DNA of 64,000 bases from an uncultured bacterium. Lineage in GTDB: Bacteria; Fidelibacterota; UBA2242. A program made the position numbers and the translations under genes. Location: the NCBI GenBank assembly GCA_964589175.1, contig CAZPRY010000007.1:52938-116937 (forward strand). Direction: 5' to 3'. The notes below the pieces were generated by a model. That model worked only from the letters and a program-made list of their open reading frames with translations. It was not told the origin of the DNA and made no database searches. Positions 20,265 through 29,823 of the stretch are shown in pieces (the first letter of the stretch is position 1; each line of letters starts with the position of its first letter).

Positions 20265-21069
20265 CGGCTAATAGTTGCCAGTCCTCGCTGGACTGACCTT
20301 TCAAATTATATACACTTATTTTCTGTTTCTGTTTCTCAAAAATCGGTCCAAATGTAGCATCTTTTTGATACTTATCCATCAGTTTATTGCCGGTGTCGAT
20401 CAGCAACGTATAATCGCTTAATGCTACAGAAGCCGCGACGGAATTGATCACGCCGCTCTTCTCAAATTGTTTATCCACATTGGTTAGGCCGATGCTTTCG
20501 TAATCGGGAACCGCATAGCGGGAAAGATCCGATTTGGAATGCAGGATTTGGACAACCTTGACGCCGTCGAAATATTCACGGTTGAGAATATTGGCATTGA
20601 CGAAGAGCTGCAGCAGGCTCATCTGCCAGTCGTTGCAGATAATGACTTCCGGCTTCCAGCGAAGGTAATTGAGAGTCGTCAACGCGGCGGAAGCAAAGTA
20701 ACCGAAGCGCACGATATTCTTGCTGTTTTCGCTGTCATCCTTGGATAGGTACAATGTTGGTTTCGTGGGCGTGTAATAATCCTCGTGTTCGAGGAAATAT
20801 ACCTGAACTTTGGTATTCGGTACGAAGGCCGACTTGACCGAAGCCATTATACTCTGATTCTTATAGGTCAATTCCATATCGCGTAAACGGATTACTTCAC
20901 GCAGGATATATCTTCTCTCACTAATAAAACCGTACTTGGGCATCATAACCCGAAAATCGTATTTGCGCTCATTGAATACAATCGGAATCTCTTTGGAAAA
21001 CGTTGCCAGAGAATATGTTTCGGCGAACGGGACGATTTCGGAGGTTAAAAAATAGATTCTCTTAATCAT
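20233..21069 (-). CDS. Stand-alone glycogen/starch-synthase N-terminal (GT5)-like domain protein, catalytically degenerate
   Basis: The N-terminus IYFLTSEIVPFAETYSLATFSKEIPIVFNERKYDFRVMMPKYGFI parallels GlgA (KILFVSSEVxPFAKTGGLADV...). The KTGGLADV ADP-glucose motif is degenerate (ETYSLATF), and the C-terminal GT1 half is absent. Confidence 0.55.
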   Translation of the reverse strand: MIKRIYFLTSEIVPFAETYSLATFSKEIPIVFNERKYDFRVMMPKYGFISERRYILREVIRLRDMELTYKNQSIMASVKSAFVPNTKVQVYFLEHEDYYTPTKPTLYLSKDDSENSKNIVRFGYFASAALTTLNYLRWKPEVIICNDWQMSLLQLFVNANILNREYFDGVKVVQILHSKSDLSRYAVPDYESIGLTNVDKQFEKSGVINSVAASVALSDYTLLIDTGNKLMDKYQKDATFGPIFEKQKQKISVYNLKGQSSEDWQLLADEIIKIIESI

Positions 21070-21674
21070 AATATAATTTCATTCGTTACTGGTTTCAAAT
21101 CGTTGTTGTTTCAATGCTGTCACTGCCATAAAGTTTCGAAAAAAGTCGGATTGCGCGGCTGCGCTCATTCCATTGGCCGGGATAAATAAGCCGGTATCGT
21201 CATTCGGTAAATAATAATTTCATGATATTTTGAGTTACGAAAATCAGCGTTGGGAGTAAAACGTGGTTCAATATCGCGGTCTGCCGTAAAATACTCCTTT
21301 TATTCAAAGGTCGCTTTAATCTTTTTTCTTTTGATGATTTTTCAAAGAAACACACTTTTCCAGCGTCGAAATTTACGAAATTCCGTCGAAAAAGCAATTA
21401 AATTTCATCAGCCGAAAGGCGGTCTCACGCTGGAAATTTAACATAAATCGCAATTTGATTTCCACCTACTGGGTTGATCTGCTGCCGATGAGCCATTGGG
21501 CGAGCCCATCCCGCCGCGTGTTTCCGGGGATTTCAGCCGATCGCATAGCGGACAGACCGGCCTGCGGCGAAAATCTGTGATGCCGTTCAAAACTCCGAAA
21601 ATGTCGCCATCAAAGCATTGATTCGGCTCCCAAAAAACCTTATATTGCAATTAATAGTAATGCGGGATTTAAAC

Positions 21675-21851
21675 ATGAGCAAAGCAAGCGAAGACAAAGA
21701 CAAAAACGTTTCCCGGCGAGACTTCTTGAAAAAAATGGCTGTGACCGCGGTCTTTACCGCCCCCGCGATAAAGACCTTCTCACTCCTCCAATCCAATCCG
21801 GATTGGAGTACCTGGACCGGTCACGGACACGGACACACCCCAAAAAAATAG
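21675..21851 (+). CDS. Small Tat-signal protein (58 aa) with a C-terminal GHGHGH motif
   Basis: MSKASEDKDKNVSRRDFLKKMAVTAVFTAPA matches a twin-arginine signal (SRRDFLK plus a hydrophobic region and AxA). The mature part is about 25 aa and ends GHGHGHTPKK. Confidence 0.4.
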   Translation: MSKASEDKDKNVSRRDFLKKMAVTAVFTAPAIKTFSLLQSNPDWSTWTGHGHGHTPKK

Positions 21852-22005
21852 CTTAGTACCGGAAATTTAATCGGCATTTTCCTCCGGTCGGGATATCTGC
21901 GGCAATTTCAATCCATTTCCCCCATTCGCACCCGGTAATTTTCAAGCAGCAAGAACGTCCCCAGTGCTTCTGCCGACTCTTTTCCCTATCGATTCATCAG
22001 GCCGG

Positions 22006-22848
22006 TTATGAGGACGAGCGTAATACTTTTTGCAGTTTCAGCTCAAATTCGGTCTTGCCGATGCCCTTCAGGCCATGCTCTTTTCCGTCGAGCAGATTGG
22101 CCAAACCCTGCAATTCCGCACCCGAGAAGCGCACGGCATTCAAGACGTGTTTCTCGAAGGCGGCATAGGCCATGGGGGCCACAGCATTGGTCATCATGGC
22201 AATGACCTTGCCGTATTCGCGGATTTCCCACTGGGCGTGGTAATCGAGGCGTAAATCCAGGAAATGCATCAGGTTGTGCAGGTCGATCTGCCAGTACCAC
22301 TGCGTATAAAGAGAGAGCGGCAGATTGATACGCGCCAGTTCCCGGGCGATATTGTCCTCGATCATATCACTGTAAGTTTCGTATAATTCCCTCTGACCTT
22401 TGAGAAGGATTTTCAATACTTTCTGACTCAGCTCCGGAGGAACCTCGTCGTTAGCACGCCCCTGCCGGTTGGACTGACTCTGGTAGCGAATCTGTTCCTC
22501 CGCAGGAACATAGAACTCATCCTCCATGACACTGTAGCGGCCGCTGATTTCATTGACACGGGCGGTCCGGTGCCGGATCCACTGGCGCGCCACGAAAATC
22601 GGCATTTTACAATGGAAGGTCAGAATTACCTGCTCGAAGGGCGAGCTATGTTGATGACTCATCAGGTATTCGATCAGGCCGCGGTCCTCCCGCACAGTCT
22701 TGGTGCCCTGCCCGTACGAAACACGGGCGCTTTGCACGATGCGGTCATCGCCGCCCATGTAATCCACCAGCCGAACAAACCCGTGATCGAGCGCCGGAAA
22801 CTCTTTATCGAGAATGGCCTCCGCTTCGGGAACGACAATGTGCGCCAT
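22006..22848 (-). CDS. thyX: FAD-dependent thymidylate synthase
   Basis: Contains the ThyX RHRX7S signature (IRHRTARVNEISGRY). Confidence 0.9.
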   Translation of the reverse strand: MAHIVVPEAEAILDKEFPALDHGFVRLVDYMGGDDRIVQSARVSYGQGTKTVREDRGLIEYLMSHQHSSPFEQVILTFHCKMPIFVARQWIRHRTARVNEISGRYSVMEDEFYVPAEEQIRYQSQSNRQGRANDEVPPELSQKVLKILLKGQRELYETYSDMIEDNIARELARINLPLSLYTQWYWQIDLHNLMHFLDLRLDYHAQWEIREYGKVIAMMTNAVAPMAYAAFEKHVLNAVRFSGAELQGLANLLDGKEHGLKGIGKTEFELKLQKVLRSSS

Positions 22849-23004
22849 ACGATTCTCCTACTTTTTCCGATCCAAATCTACGGATTTTTGCTTTGCCGGA
22901 GAAGTCTGAATTTACCGGGCCACGGTTGAACGGGGGAACCATTCTTCTGCCGCTCGAATATAAGTCGTTGATAATCTCAGTATTTTTTCTAATTTCGAAA
23001 TCAG

Positions 23005-24972
23005 ATGAGATGTTTAAAAACCAGCATTGTTTTCTTCCTAATTGCCTTGCCCCTGATCGGAATACGGGCGCAGTATGACGAGGACTGGCTCGATCGGGAG
23101 ATCCAGACCAAGCAGCGGCTTCTGCAGGACCGCCGGGCGCTGGCTAAACTGGCCGCGAGTACCAACGCCGCCGATTATGACATCGGTTATTACGGTCTCG
23201 ATCTCCATGTCAACGTCGATTCACAGACAATTGCCGGCTCCGTTACCATTCGTGGAAAATCGCGTATAGATTCTTTAAACCTTGTTGAACTGGACCTCGC
23301 CAGCGGACTGAATGTCCATGCCGTGACTGGCCAGGCTGTCTCTTATCAACACGGCAACAACATTCTGCAGATTCGGCTGCCTGAAGCGCTCTCAACAGGT
23401 GAAGGATTTGAATTCACCATCGATTATTCGGGTTCGCCTTTAACGGGCGGGTTCCAGGGTTTCAGTTTCGGTAGCTACAACGGCAGCCCGATAGTATCCA
23501 CCCTCAGTCAGCCCTATTATGCCTACGGCTGGTTTCCCTGCAAAGACCGACCCAACGACAAGGCCGATTCCGTCGATATCACCCTCACCGTCCCGGCCAA
23601 CCTGGAGGCCGTCGCGAACGGGACCTTGAAGAAAGTCGAAAATAATTCCGACGGCACGCGCACCTATTTCTGGCAGGAGCGCTACCCGATCGCCACCTAT
23701 CTGATTTCACTGGCCGTCTCGGAATATACTTCCTGGCAAGATACATACGTCTCACAGGACAGCAGCCTGACGATGCCGGTGATGTACTGGATCTATAAAG
23801 ACATGCCCTCCCCTTACACAACCGACTTGGCCTTGACCCCCTCCATGATTTCATTCTTTTCAAGTATTTGGGGCGAATATCCCTTCATCAAGGAGAAATA
23901 TGGCCAGGCACAGTTCTCCTGGGGCGGCGGCATGGAGCACCAGACCTGCGCCAGCATGGGCAGTTTTAACGAAATGCTGATCTGTCATGAACTGGCGCAT
24001 CAGTGGTGGGGCGATATGGTCACCTGCGCCAACTGGAAAAACATCTGGCTCAACGAAGGTTTTGCGCGCTATGCGGAAGCGCTCTGGCGTGAGCATATTG
24101 ACGGTAAAACGGGCTTAGAAGCATATATGCAGATCCTCAACCGGCCGCAAAGCTGGCAGAACAGCAGTGTCTATATCACCGACACAACCCGGGTCAGCGC
24201 CATCTTCAATCGCATCGTTTACGATAAAGGCGCCTGGATTCTGCACATGCTTCGCAAGATCGCAGGCAAGGAAAATTTCCGCGCGATTTTTCTGGCATAC
24301 CGCGAGCGACACTCCATGGGCGCCGCCGACACCGAAGATTTTCAGCGCGTCTGTGAAGAGGTCAGCGGCCTCGATCTTGACTATTTCTTTTCGGAGTGGG
24401 TTTACGGCCTCGGCCAGCCGCATTACCAGGTGAGCTGGCACCGGGTCCCGGCCTCCGACGAGCACTGGACTGTCAGCGTCCGAATCCAGCAGATTCAGAC
24501 CACGGCAACTTATTTCTCGATGCCGATCGAACTCTATCTGCAGACCGAAACGGGCGATACGATCATCACCGTCTGGAACAGCCGACGCCTGCAGGACCAC
24601 GAATTCCAGATCAACAGCAAACCGCTGGAATTGATTATCGATCCCGATAACTACATCCTGAAAAGCGTCGCCTATTCGACAGTCGATCCCGATCTGGTCA
24701 CAAATCCGACGGAATTCGAACTGTCCGGGGCTTACCCGAATCCGTTTAACGGCTCCACCCATTTCCGGCTCTACCTGCCCCATGACATCCTGGGGCAACT
24801 GCGCGTCTACAACCTGGCCGGTCAGCAAGTGGCCTTGATCGGGGACGGCCGGTTTCGATCGGGATATCGCACCTATCAATGGTCGCCGACGACCCAAGCA
24901 TCCGGAATTTACTTTATCCGGCTGGAATCCGACGATCAATTTCTGGAACGGAAGGTGTTGTACCTGAAATAA
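23005..24972 (+). CDS. M1 family aminopeptidase (aminopeptidase N-like) with a T9SS C-terminal sorting domain
   Basis: Signal peptide. GGMEHQ (a GxMEN variant), HELAHQWWGD, and WLNEGFARY providing the third Zn ligand. The C-terminal ~85 aa (AYPNPFNGSTHFRLYLP...LRVYNLAGQQVALI...SGIYFIRLESD...KVLYLK) is typical of a T9SS CTD. Confidence 0.85.
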   Translation: MRCLKTSIVFFLIALPLIGIRAQYDEDWLDREIQTKQRLLQDRRALAKLAASTNAADYDIGYYGLDLHVNVDSQTIAGSVTIRGKSRIDSLNLVELDLASGLNVHAVTGQAVSYQHGNNILQIRLPEALSTGEGFEFTIDYSGSPLTGGFQGFSFGSYNGSPIVSTLSQPYYAYGWFPCKDRPNDKADSVDITLTVPANLEAVANGTLKKVENNSDGTRTYFWQERYPIATYLISLAVSEYTSWQDTYVSQDSSLTMPVMYWIYKDMPSPYTTDLALTPSMISFFSSIWGEYPFIKEKYGQAQFSWGGGMEHQTCASMGSFNEMLICHELAHQWWGDMVTCANWKNIWLNEGFARYAEALWREHIDGKTGLEAYMQILNRPQSWQNSSVYITDTTRVSAIFNRIVYDKGAWILHMLRKIAGKENFRAIFLAYRERHSMGAADTEDFQRVCEEVSGLDLDYFFSEWVYGLGQPHYQVSWHRVPASDEHWTVSVRIQQIQTTATYFSMPIELYLQTETGDTIITVWNSRRLQDHEFQINSKPLELIIDPDNYILKSVAYSTVDPDLVTNPTEFELSGAYPNPFNGSTHFRLYLPHDILGQLRVYNLAGQQVALIGDGRFRSGYRTYQWSPTTQASGIYFIRLESDDQFLERKVLYLK

Positions 24973-25165
24973 ATCCCTGAACCGCTCCCGTTGAAGTAGC
25001 GTTCGAACGTTCCCTGGGGAAAATAGATGCGTATTGCACTGAAAAATAATGTAGCTTTTTATGACTTTAAGAGTCTAAATTTTGTTGTGCCTGAAATGGC
25101 AAAAAAAATGACCGTTTTTTATGAATGACAAGGAACAAAAACCACTCATCAAAGTATAGACCACT

Positions 25166-28100
25166 ATGAAGAAAATATTTTTAGTGCTTGTATTCGTTGC
25201 GCTGTGCCTTCCTTTAATCGGGTACTCGCAAAATTTTGGAAAAAATAAGGTCCAGTACGACGATTTCAACTGGTCTTATATTCAAACGCCGAATTTTGAC
25301 ATTTACTTCTACGACGACCGCGAGAAACTGGCGGAATTTGCGGCCCCGATCGCCGAACAGGTATTTACCGAGATCCACAGTATACTCAACTGGCGGATGC
25401 ACAAACGCACATCACTGATTCTGTATGCCTCGCACAGCGATTTTCAGCAGACCAATGTTCTGCTGGATTATCTTACCGAAGGCACCGGCGGATTTACGGA
25501 GCTTTTCAAAAACCGGGCCGTTGTCGCTTTCGACGGCTCGTATTCCGATCTCTGGCACGTCATCCGCCATGAGCTTGTCCACGTTTTCGTGAATGACATG
25601 ATTTACGGGGGCAACATCCAGAGCGTAATCTCGGGAAGAGTCCGCCTGAACATTCCGCTGTGGATGAATGAAGGCTTGGCGGAATACATCTCGATGGGCT
25701 GGGACACCAACGCCGATATGATCCTCCGTGATCTGGCCACGATGAACGAAATTCCGACCATCGATCAGCTAAACTACTATATGGCCTATAAAGGTGGACA
25801 GTCTGTCTACCGCTTCATTGCCGACAAATACGGCGAGCCAAAAATCGGCGAAATCTGGGACAAGATGAAAAGCCGTAAAAATGTCGAAAGAGGTTTTCGG
25901 GCATCGATCGGTATGGATACAAAAGAATTGACCGAAAAATGGCATCGCTGGCTGCGACGGGAATATTGGTCGGACGTGATCGACCGCAACGAGCTCGGAG
26001 AAATCTCAACCAAATTGACCGACCATGAAAAATTGCGCAATTACTTTAATACCAGCCCGGCAATCTCCCCGGCCGGAGATCAGGTTGCTATAATGTCGGA
26101 TCGCAAAGGCTACGCTGACATTTACCTGATTTCCATTATCGACGGCAAGGAAATCAAGAAAATTCTCAGCGGCCAGAAAAAGCCAGACCTGGAAGAGTTG
26201 AAATGGCTCTATCCGCGCCTGAGCTGGTCGCCCGACGGAAAGAAGATCGTGTTGGCCGTGAAGAGCGGCGAGAGCGACGGTTTAATTATCCTGGATGTCG
26301 AATCGGGCAACACCGAAAAGCACAATTTCGACGGAATCGAGGAATTGTTCACTGCCGCTTGGTCACCTAACGGACAGAAAATCGCCTTCGTCGGATTACA
26401 GAATGACCGCACCGACATTTTCCTGTACGACCTGTCCGCCGATGAGATTACGCAACTAACCGATGATCAGTATTCCGATTTTGAACCGGCCTGGTCGCCG
26501 GACAGTAAACAGTTGATTTTCTCATCGCAAAGAGGGCTGGAAGGCGACAGCCTGGGACTGGCTGGCGAGACCGACCTGTCCTCAGTCGTATTCCGCCAGA
26601 AAGACCTGTTCATCTATGATCTCGAAAGCAGTTCAACAAGGCGTGTTACCAGCACGGCCTGGAATGAGAATTATCCCGTTTGGGCCAACACTCGCAACGC
26701 CATTTTCTACACATCCGACAATTGCGGAATTTCCAATTTGCGCCTGCTGGATCTGGACACGCACGAGGACCGTACTCTCACGAACGTGATTACGGGCCTT
26801 TTCCAGCCCAGTCTGACCTTGGATGATTCCCGGCTCGTGTACGCCGGCTACGAAGATGTCGGCTGGGACATTTTTGTTATCAGCAATCCGTTGGAGATGG
26901 AAGACCTTTCGGCCAAAATCCGTCCCACAAACTACGCCATTGAGTTAGATGACCTATTGAATAGACCGGCTGTTGTCGTAGAGAAGGATACAACGAAATT
27001 ATCCCTGACGGAAGCGTCCTATACGAAAAACGTCGAGACGGACGCCAGTTATACCAATTATATTTTCGCGCCCGGATATGAGGATTACCAGCCGGAACCC
27101 ACCCCGGAAGACAGTGCAGGGATGAGCCCGGATTCGCTAAAATTTAAGACGGATGACGGCGACTATATCATCAACCAGTACAAAACCAAATTCACGCTTG
27201 ATTTGATCGACAGCCAGGCCGGCTATAACACTTTCTGGGGATTTCAGGGCACGACCGTCTTCGCCTTCAGCGACTTACTGGGCGATCATCGCTTCATGCT
27301 CGGAACGGAACTGTACATCGATCTCGAAAACAGCGATTACTACCTGGCCTATGAGTATCTCCAGAAACGGACCAACTATTCGGTAATGGGGTTCCACACG
27401 GCCAATTTCTTCGGACTCAGTTTCTACCAGGTGTTGCGCCTGCGAAATTACGGAGCGGATTTTTCCGTTTCACGACCATTCTCCAAATTCTCGCGCGTCG
27501 AACTCGGCGCAACTTCCTATAATGTCGAACAAAAGCTGATCAACCTGCTCACGGGTACAACCGATTACCATCGCAGCATCAACACGATTCTGCCCCGCAC
27601 TGCATTGATTTATGACAATACCCTCTGGGGCTACTTTTATCCCGTCGACGGCTGGAGAATGCGTCTGGATTTTATCGCCAGTCCGAAATACAACAACAAC
27701 AGCCTGCAATTTAATACGCTCGAAATGGATGCGCGCCGTTACTTCAAACTCAATCGCGAGTACTCCTTCGGATTGCGTTTGACAGCCGGTCTGAGCGAGG
27801 GTTCGAACGCCCAGCGATTCTTCCTCGGCGGCGAATCCAACTGGATAAACCAGCAATTCAAGCAATACCACAATTACGAAGATGTCGAATCGATCTACTT
27901 CTCCGAGTTCGTCACGCCCCTGCGCGGCGCCCGCTATTACGAAAGAGAGGGCGACCGTTTCTTTCTCGGCAATTTCGAATTTCGTTACCCCTTCATTAAA
28001 TATCTGGCCATGGGCTGGCCGATACCACTGACTATGGCGAGTATTCAGGGAGCGACTTTTCTGGATATCGGTTCGGCCTGGTTCGGAGATAAATTCCAGC

Positions 28101-28276
28101 CCTTCGGTAAAGATCCCTTCCGCGGCCTCTATATGAACGACCTGGTAAGCGGCTTCGGATTCGGGGCGCGCTTTTTCTTCGGATATTTCATTCTGAAAGT
28201 TGACGTCGCCTGGCGTTACGACTTCGACCAGGTCTCGGCGCCGCGCTACTATTTCTCGCTGGGTACGGATTTCTAA
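25166..28276 (+). CDS. Omp85-superfamily outer-membrane protein with an N-terminal Peptidase_MA_2-like zincin domain and TolB/PD40 beta-propeller repeats (paralog of 6299-9337)
   Basis: 1036 aa with a signal peptide. HELVHVFVNDM...WMNEGLAEYIS; PD40 repeats (WSPDGKKIVLAV, SPNGQKIAFVG, WSPDSKQLIFSS). The C-terminal barrel carries the Omp85 motifs RFFLGGESN, PLRGARYY and GFGFGARFFFGYFILKVDVAWRY, and ends ...SLGTDF. Confidence 0.75.
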   Translation: MKKIFLVLVFVALCLPLIGYSQNFGKNKVQYDDFNWSYIQTPNFDIYFYDDREKLAEFAAPIAEQVFTEIHSILNWRMHKRTSLILYASHSDFQQTNVLLDYLTEGTGGFTELFKNRAVVAFDGSYSDLWHVIRHELVHVFVNDMIYGGNIQSVISGRVRLNIPLWMNEGLAEYISMGWDTNADMILRDLATMNEIPTIDQLNYYMAYKGGQSVYRFIADKYGEPKIGEIWDKMKSRKNVERGFRASIGMDTKELTEKWHRWLRREYWSDVIDRNELGEISTKLTDHEKLRNYFNTSPAISPAGDQVAIMSDRKGYADIYLISIIDGKEIKKILSGQKKPDLEELKWLYPRLSWSPDGKKIVLAVKSGESDGLIILDVESGNTEKHNFDGIEELFTAAWSPNGQKIAFVGLQNDRTDIFLYDLSADEITQLTDDQYSDFEPAWSPDSKQLIFSSQRGLEGDSLGLAGETDLSSVVFRQKDLFIYDLESSSTRRVTSTAWNENYPVWANTRNAIFYTSDNCGISNLRLLDLDTHEDRTLTNVITGLFQPSLTLDDSRLVYAGYEDVGWDIFVISNPLEMEDLSAKIRPTNYAIELDDLLNRPAVVVEKDTTKLSLTEASYTKNVETDASYTNYIFAPGYEDYQPEPTPEDSAGMSPDSLKFKTDDGDYIINQYKTKFTLDLIDSQAGYNTFWGFQGTTVFAFSDLLGDHRFMLGTELYIDLENSDYYLAYEYLQKRTNYSVMGFHTANFFGLSFYQVLRLRNYGADFSVSRPFSKFSRVELGATSYNVEQKLINLLTGTTDYHRSINTILPRTALIYDNTLWGYFYPVDGWRMRLDFIASPKYNNNSLQFNTLEMDARRYFKLNREYSFGLRLTAGLSEGSNAQRFFLGGESNWINQQFKQYHNYEDVESIYFSEFVTPLRGARYYEREGDRFFLGNFEFRYPFIKYLAMGWPIPLTMASIQGATFLDIGSAWFGDKFQPFGKDPFRGLYMNDLVSGFGFGARFFFGYFILKVDVAWRYDFDQVSAPRYYFSLGTDF

Positions 28277-28427
28277 GACGGGTTGCGAAATCCGGCCGGC
28301 GTCACCGCAAATTGCCATCATCCCGCAAAAGGAACGATATTTTCGTTTTCATCGATATACGCTAAATTATACAGACGTCAGGGTTGAATTTGTAAGCAAT
28401 CCCTGCAAAATGAAGGATTTATAAATC

Positions 28428-29768
28428 ATGACGGAATTAATAGCCAAACCGATTGTCGTCTACGGCGGTCCGCTTTTTAATGGAATCGATCAATTCTGGG
28501 AAAACGGCGCGATCTTCATCGAAAACGGCAAGATTGCCGCGATCGGGACGGAAGAAGAGGTATTCGAGCGCATTCCCAAAGCTCTCGACATCGATACCTA
28601 CGACAGTATGGGCAATGTGATCTTTCCGGGATTAATCAACCTGCATCACCATTTTTACCTGTCCCTGGCGAAGGGATTTCCGGCCACCGGACCGCTGGAC
28701 AGCTACCAGGACCGCCTGCGGAATTTCTGGTGGAAACTGGATAAAGCGCTCGATCTGAACGCGATCCAGCTGTCCGCGCTGGTATCGATCCTGGATCTCA
28801 TCCGCTCCGGCGTCACGACCGTTTTCGATCACCATTCCTCTCCGCTGATCGTCAAGAACAGCCTGGAAAGTATCGTGGGAGCCGTCAAACGTTCCGGGAT
28901 TCGGGCCAACCTGTGTTACGGCGTTTCGGATCGCCACGGCGAACGGGTCATGCACCAGGGCCTGGAAGAGAACCTGGCGGTTATGGAACGCTACACCGGG
29001 GATAATAATATCAGCGGCACGATGGGACTCTATGCCAATTTCGCCCTGTCGGAAGAGTCTCTGAAAGAAATTGCCGGACGCTATCAACCGGAGATGGGCA
29101 TCCATATTCTCGTCGGAGAGGATAGCACCGATCTGAAACACAGCCAGGACCTGGGTTATGACGGACCGGTAGATCGCCTGCAGCATTTTGGATTGCTGAG
29201 CAATAAAGCGCTCCTGGTTCACGGATTGCATCTCTCCCCAAAAGACCTGCGCCTGATTGCCGAAAGCGGAGCGACGCTGGTCCACAATCCCGAATCGAAT
29301 ATGCTGCACAACGTCGGAAGTTTGACTCTGCCTTTGCCGGAAGACATCAGCACCGGCTTCGGCACCGATGGACTCAGCAGTAATCCGCTCAACGCACTCC
29401 GCAGCGCCTACTATCACTACCGCAGCACCGGCCTGGAAGACAAGGTCATTATTCCCGCTCTTATGAACGCCCTTTTCGAAGGCAATCGCAAGGCCGCCGG
29501 CCGCTACTTCAACGGCTATCCCGGCGTTCTGAAAGAGGGTACTCGCGCCGATATAACGGTTTTTGCATATATGCCCCTCAGTCCATTTCAATCCGATACA
29601 CTCTTTGAACACCTCATCGCAGGCATTTCACAGCGCCAGGCCGGCATGGTCATGGCCGGCGGGCACATCATTTTTTCCGAACATGCATTCTACACCCTCG
29701 ATGAGGAGGTGGTCCGCTCGGAAGCCCAGAAAGTCGGTAAGTTCGTGTTCAACCGTTATCTGGCCTGA
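28428..29768 (+). CDS. Amidohydrolase family protein (SsnA/chlorohydrolase-like aminohydrolase)
   Basis: 446 aa with the metal-binding HxH motif (GLINLHHHFY). The overall length and layout match the SsnA / cytosine-deaminase-like subgroup. Confidence 0.75.
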   Translation: MTELIAKPIVVYGGPLFNGIDQFWENGAIFIENGKIAAIGTEEEVFERIPKALDIDTYDSMGNVIFPGLINLHHHFYLSLAKGFPATGPLDSYQDRLRNFWWKLDKALDLNAIQLSALVSILDLIRSGVTTVFDHHSSPLIVKNSLESIVGAVKRSGIRANLCYGVSDRHGERVMHQGLEENLAVMERYTGDNNISGTMGLYANFALSEESLKEIAGRYQPEMGIHILVGEDSTDLKHSQDLGYDGPVDRLQHFGLLSNKALLVHGLHLSPKDLRLIAESGATLVHNPESNMLHNVGSLTLPLPEDISTGFGTDGLSSNPLNALRSAYYHYRSTGLEDKVIIPALMNALFEGNRKAAGRYFNGYPGVLKEGTRADITVFAYMPLSPFQSDTLFEHLIAGISQRQAGMVMAGGHIIFSEHAFYTLDEEVVRSEAQKVGKFVFNRYLA

Positions 29769-29823
29769 TCGGCCCAATTGCATTATTGTATCTGAAACGG
29801 ATTGCTATTATATTCCACATGCA

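Noticed and set aside
24973-25165. A possible terminator or palindrome (CGTTCGAACG) after the M1 peptidase gene
   Set aside because: It is a perfect 10-bp palindrome with no loop and no U-tract, so it is not a convincing intrinsic terminator.
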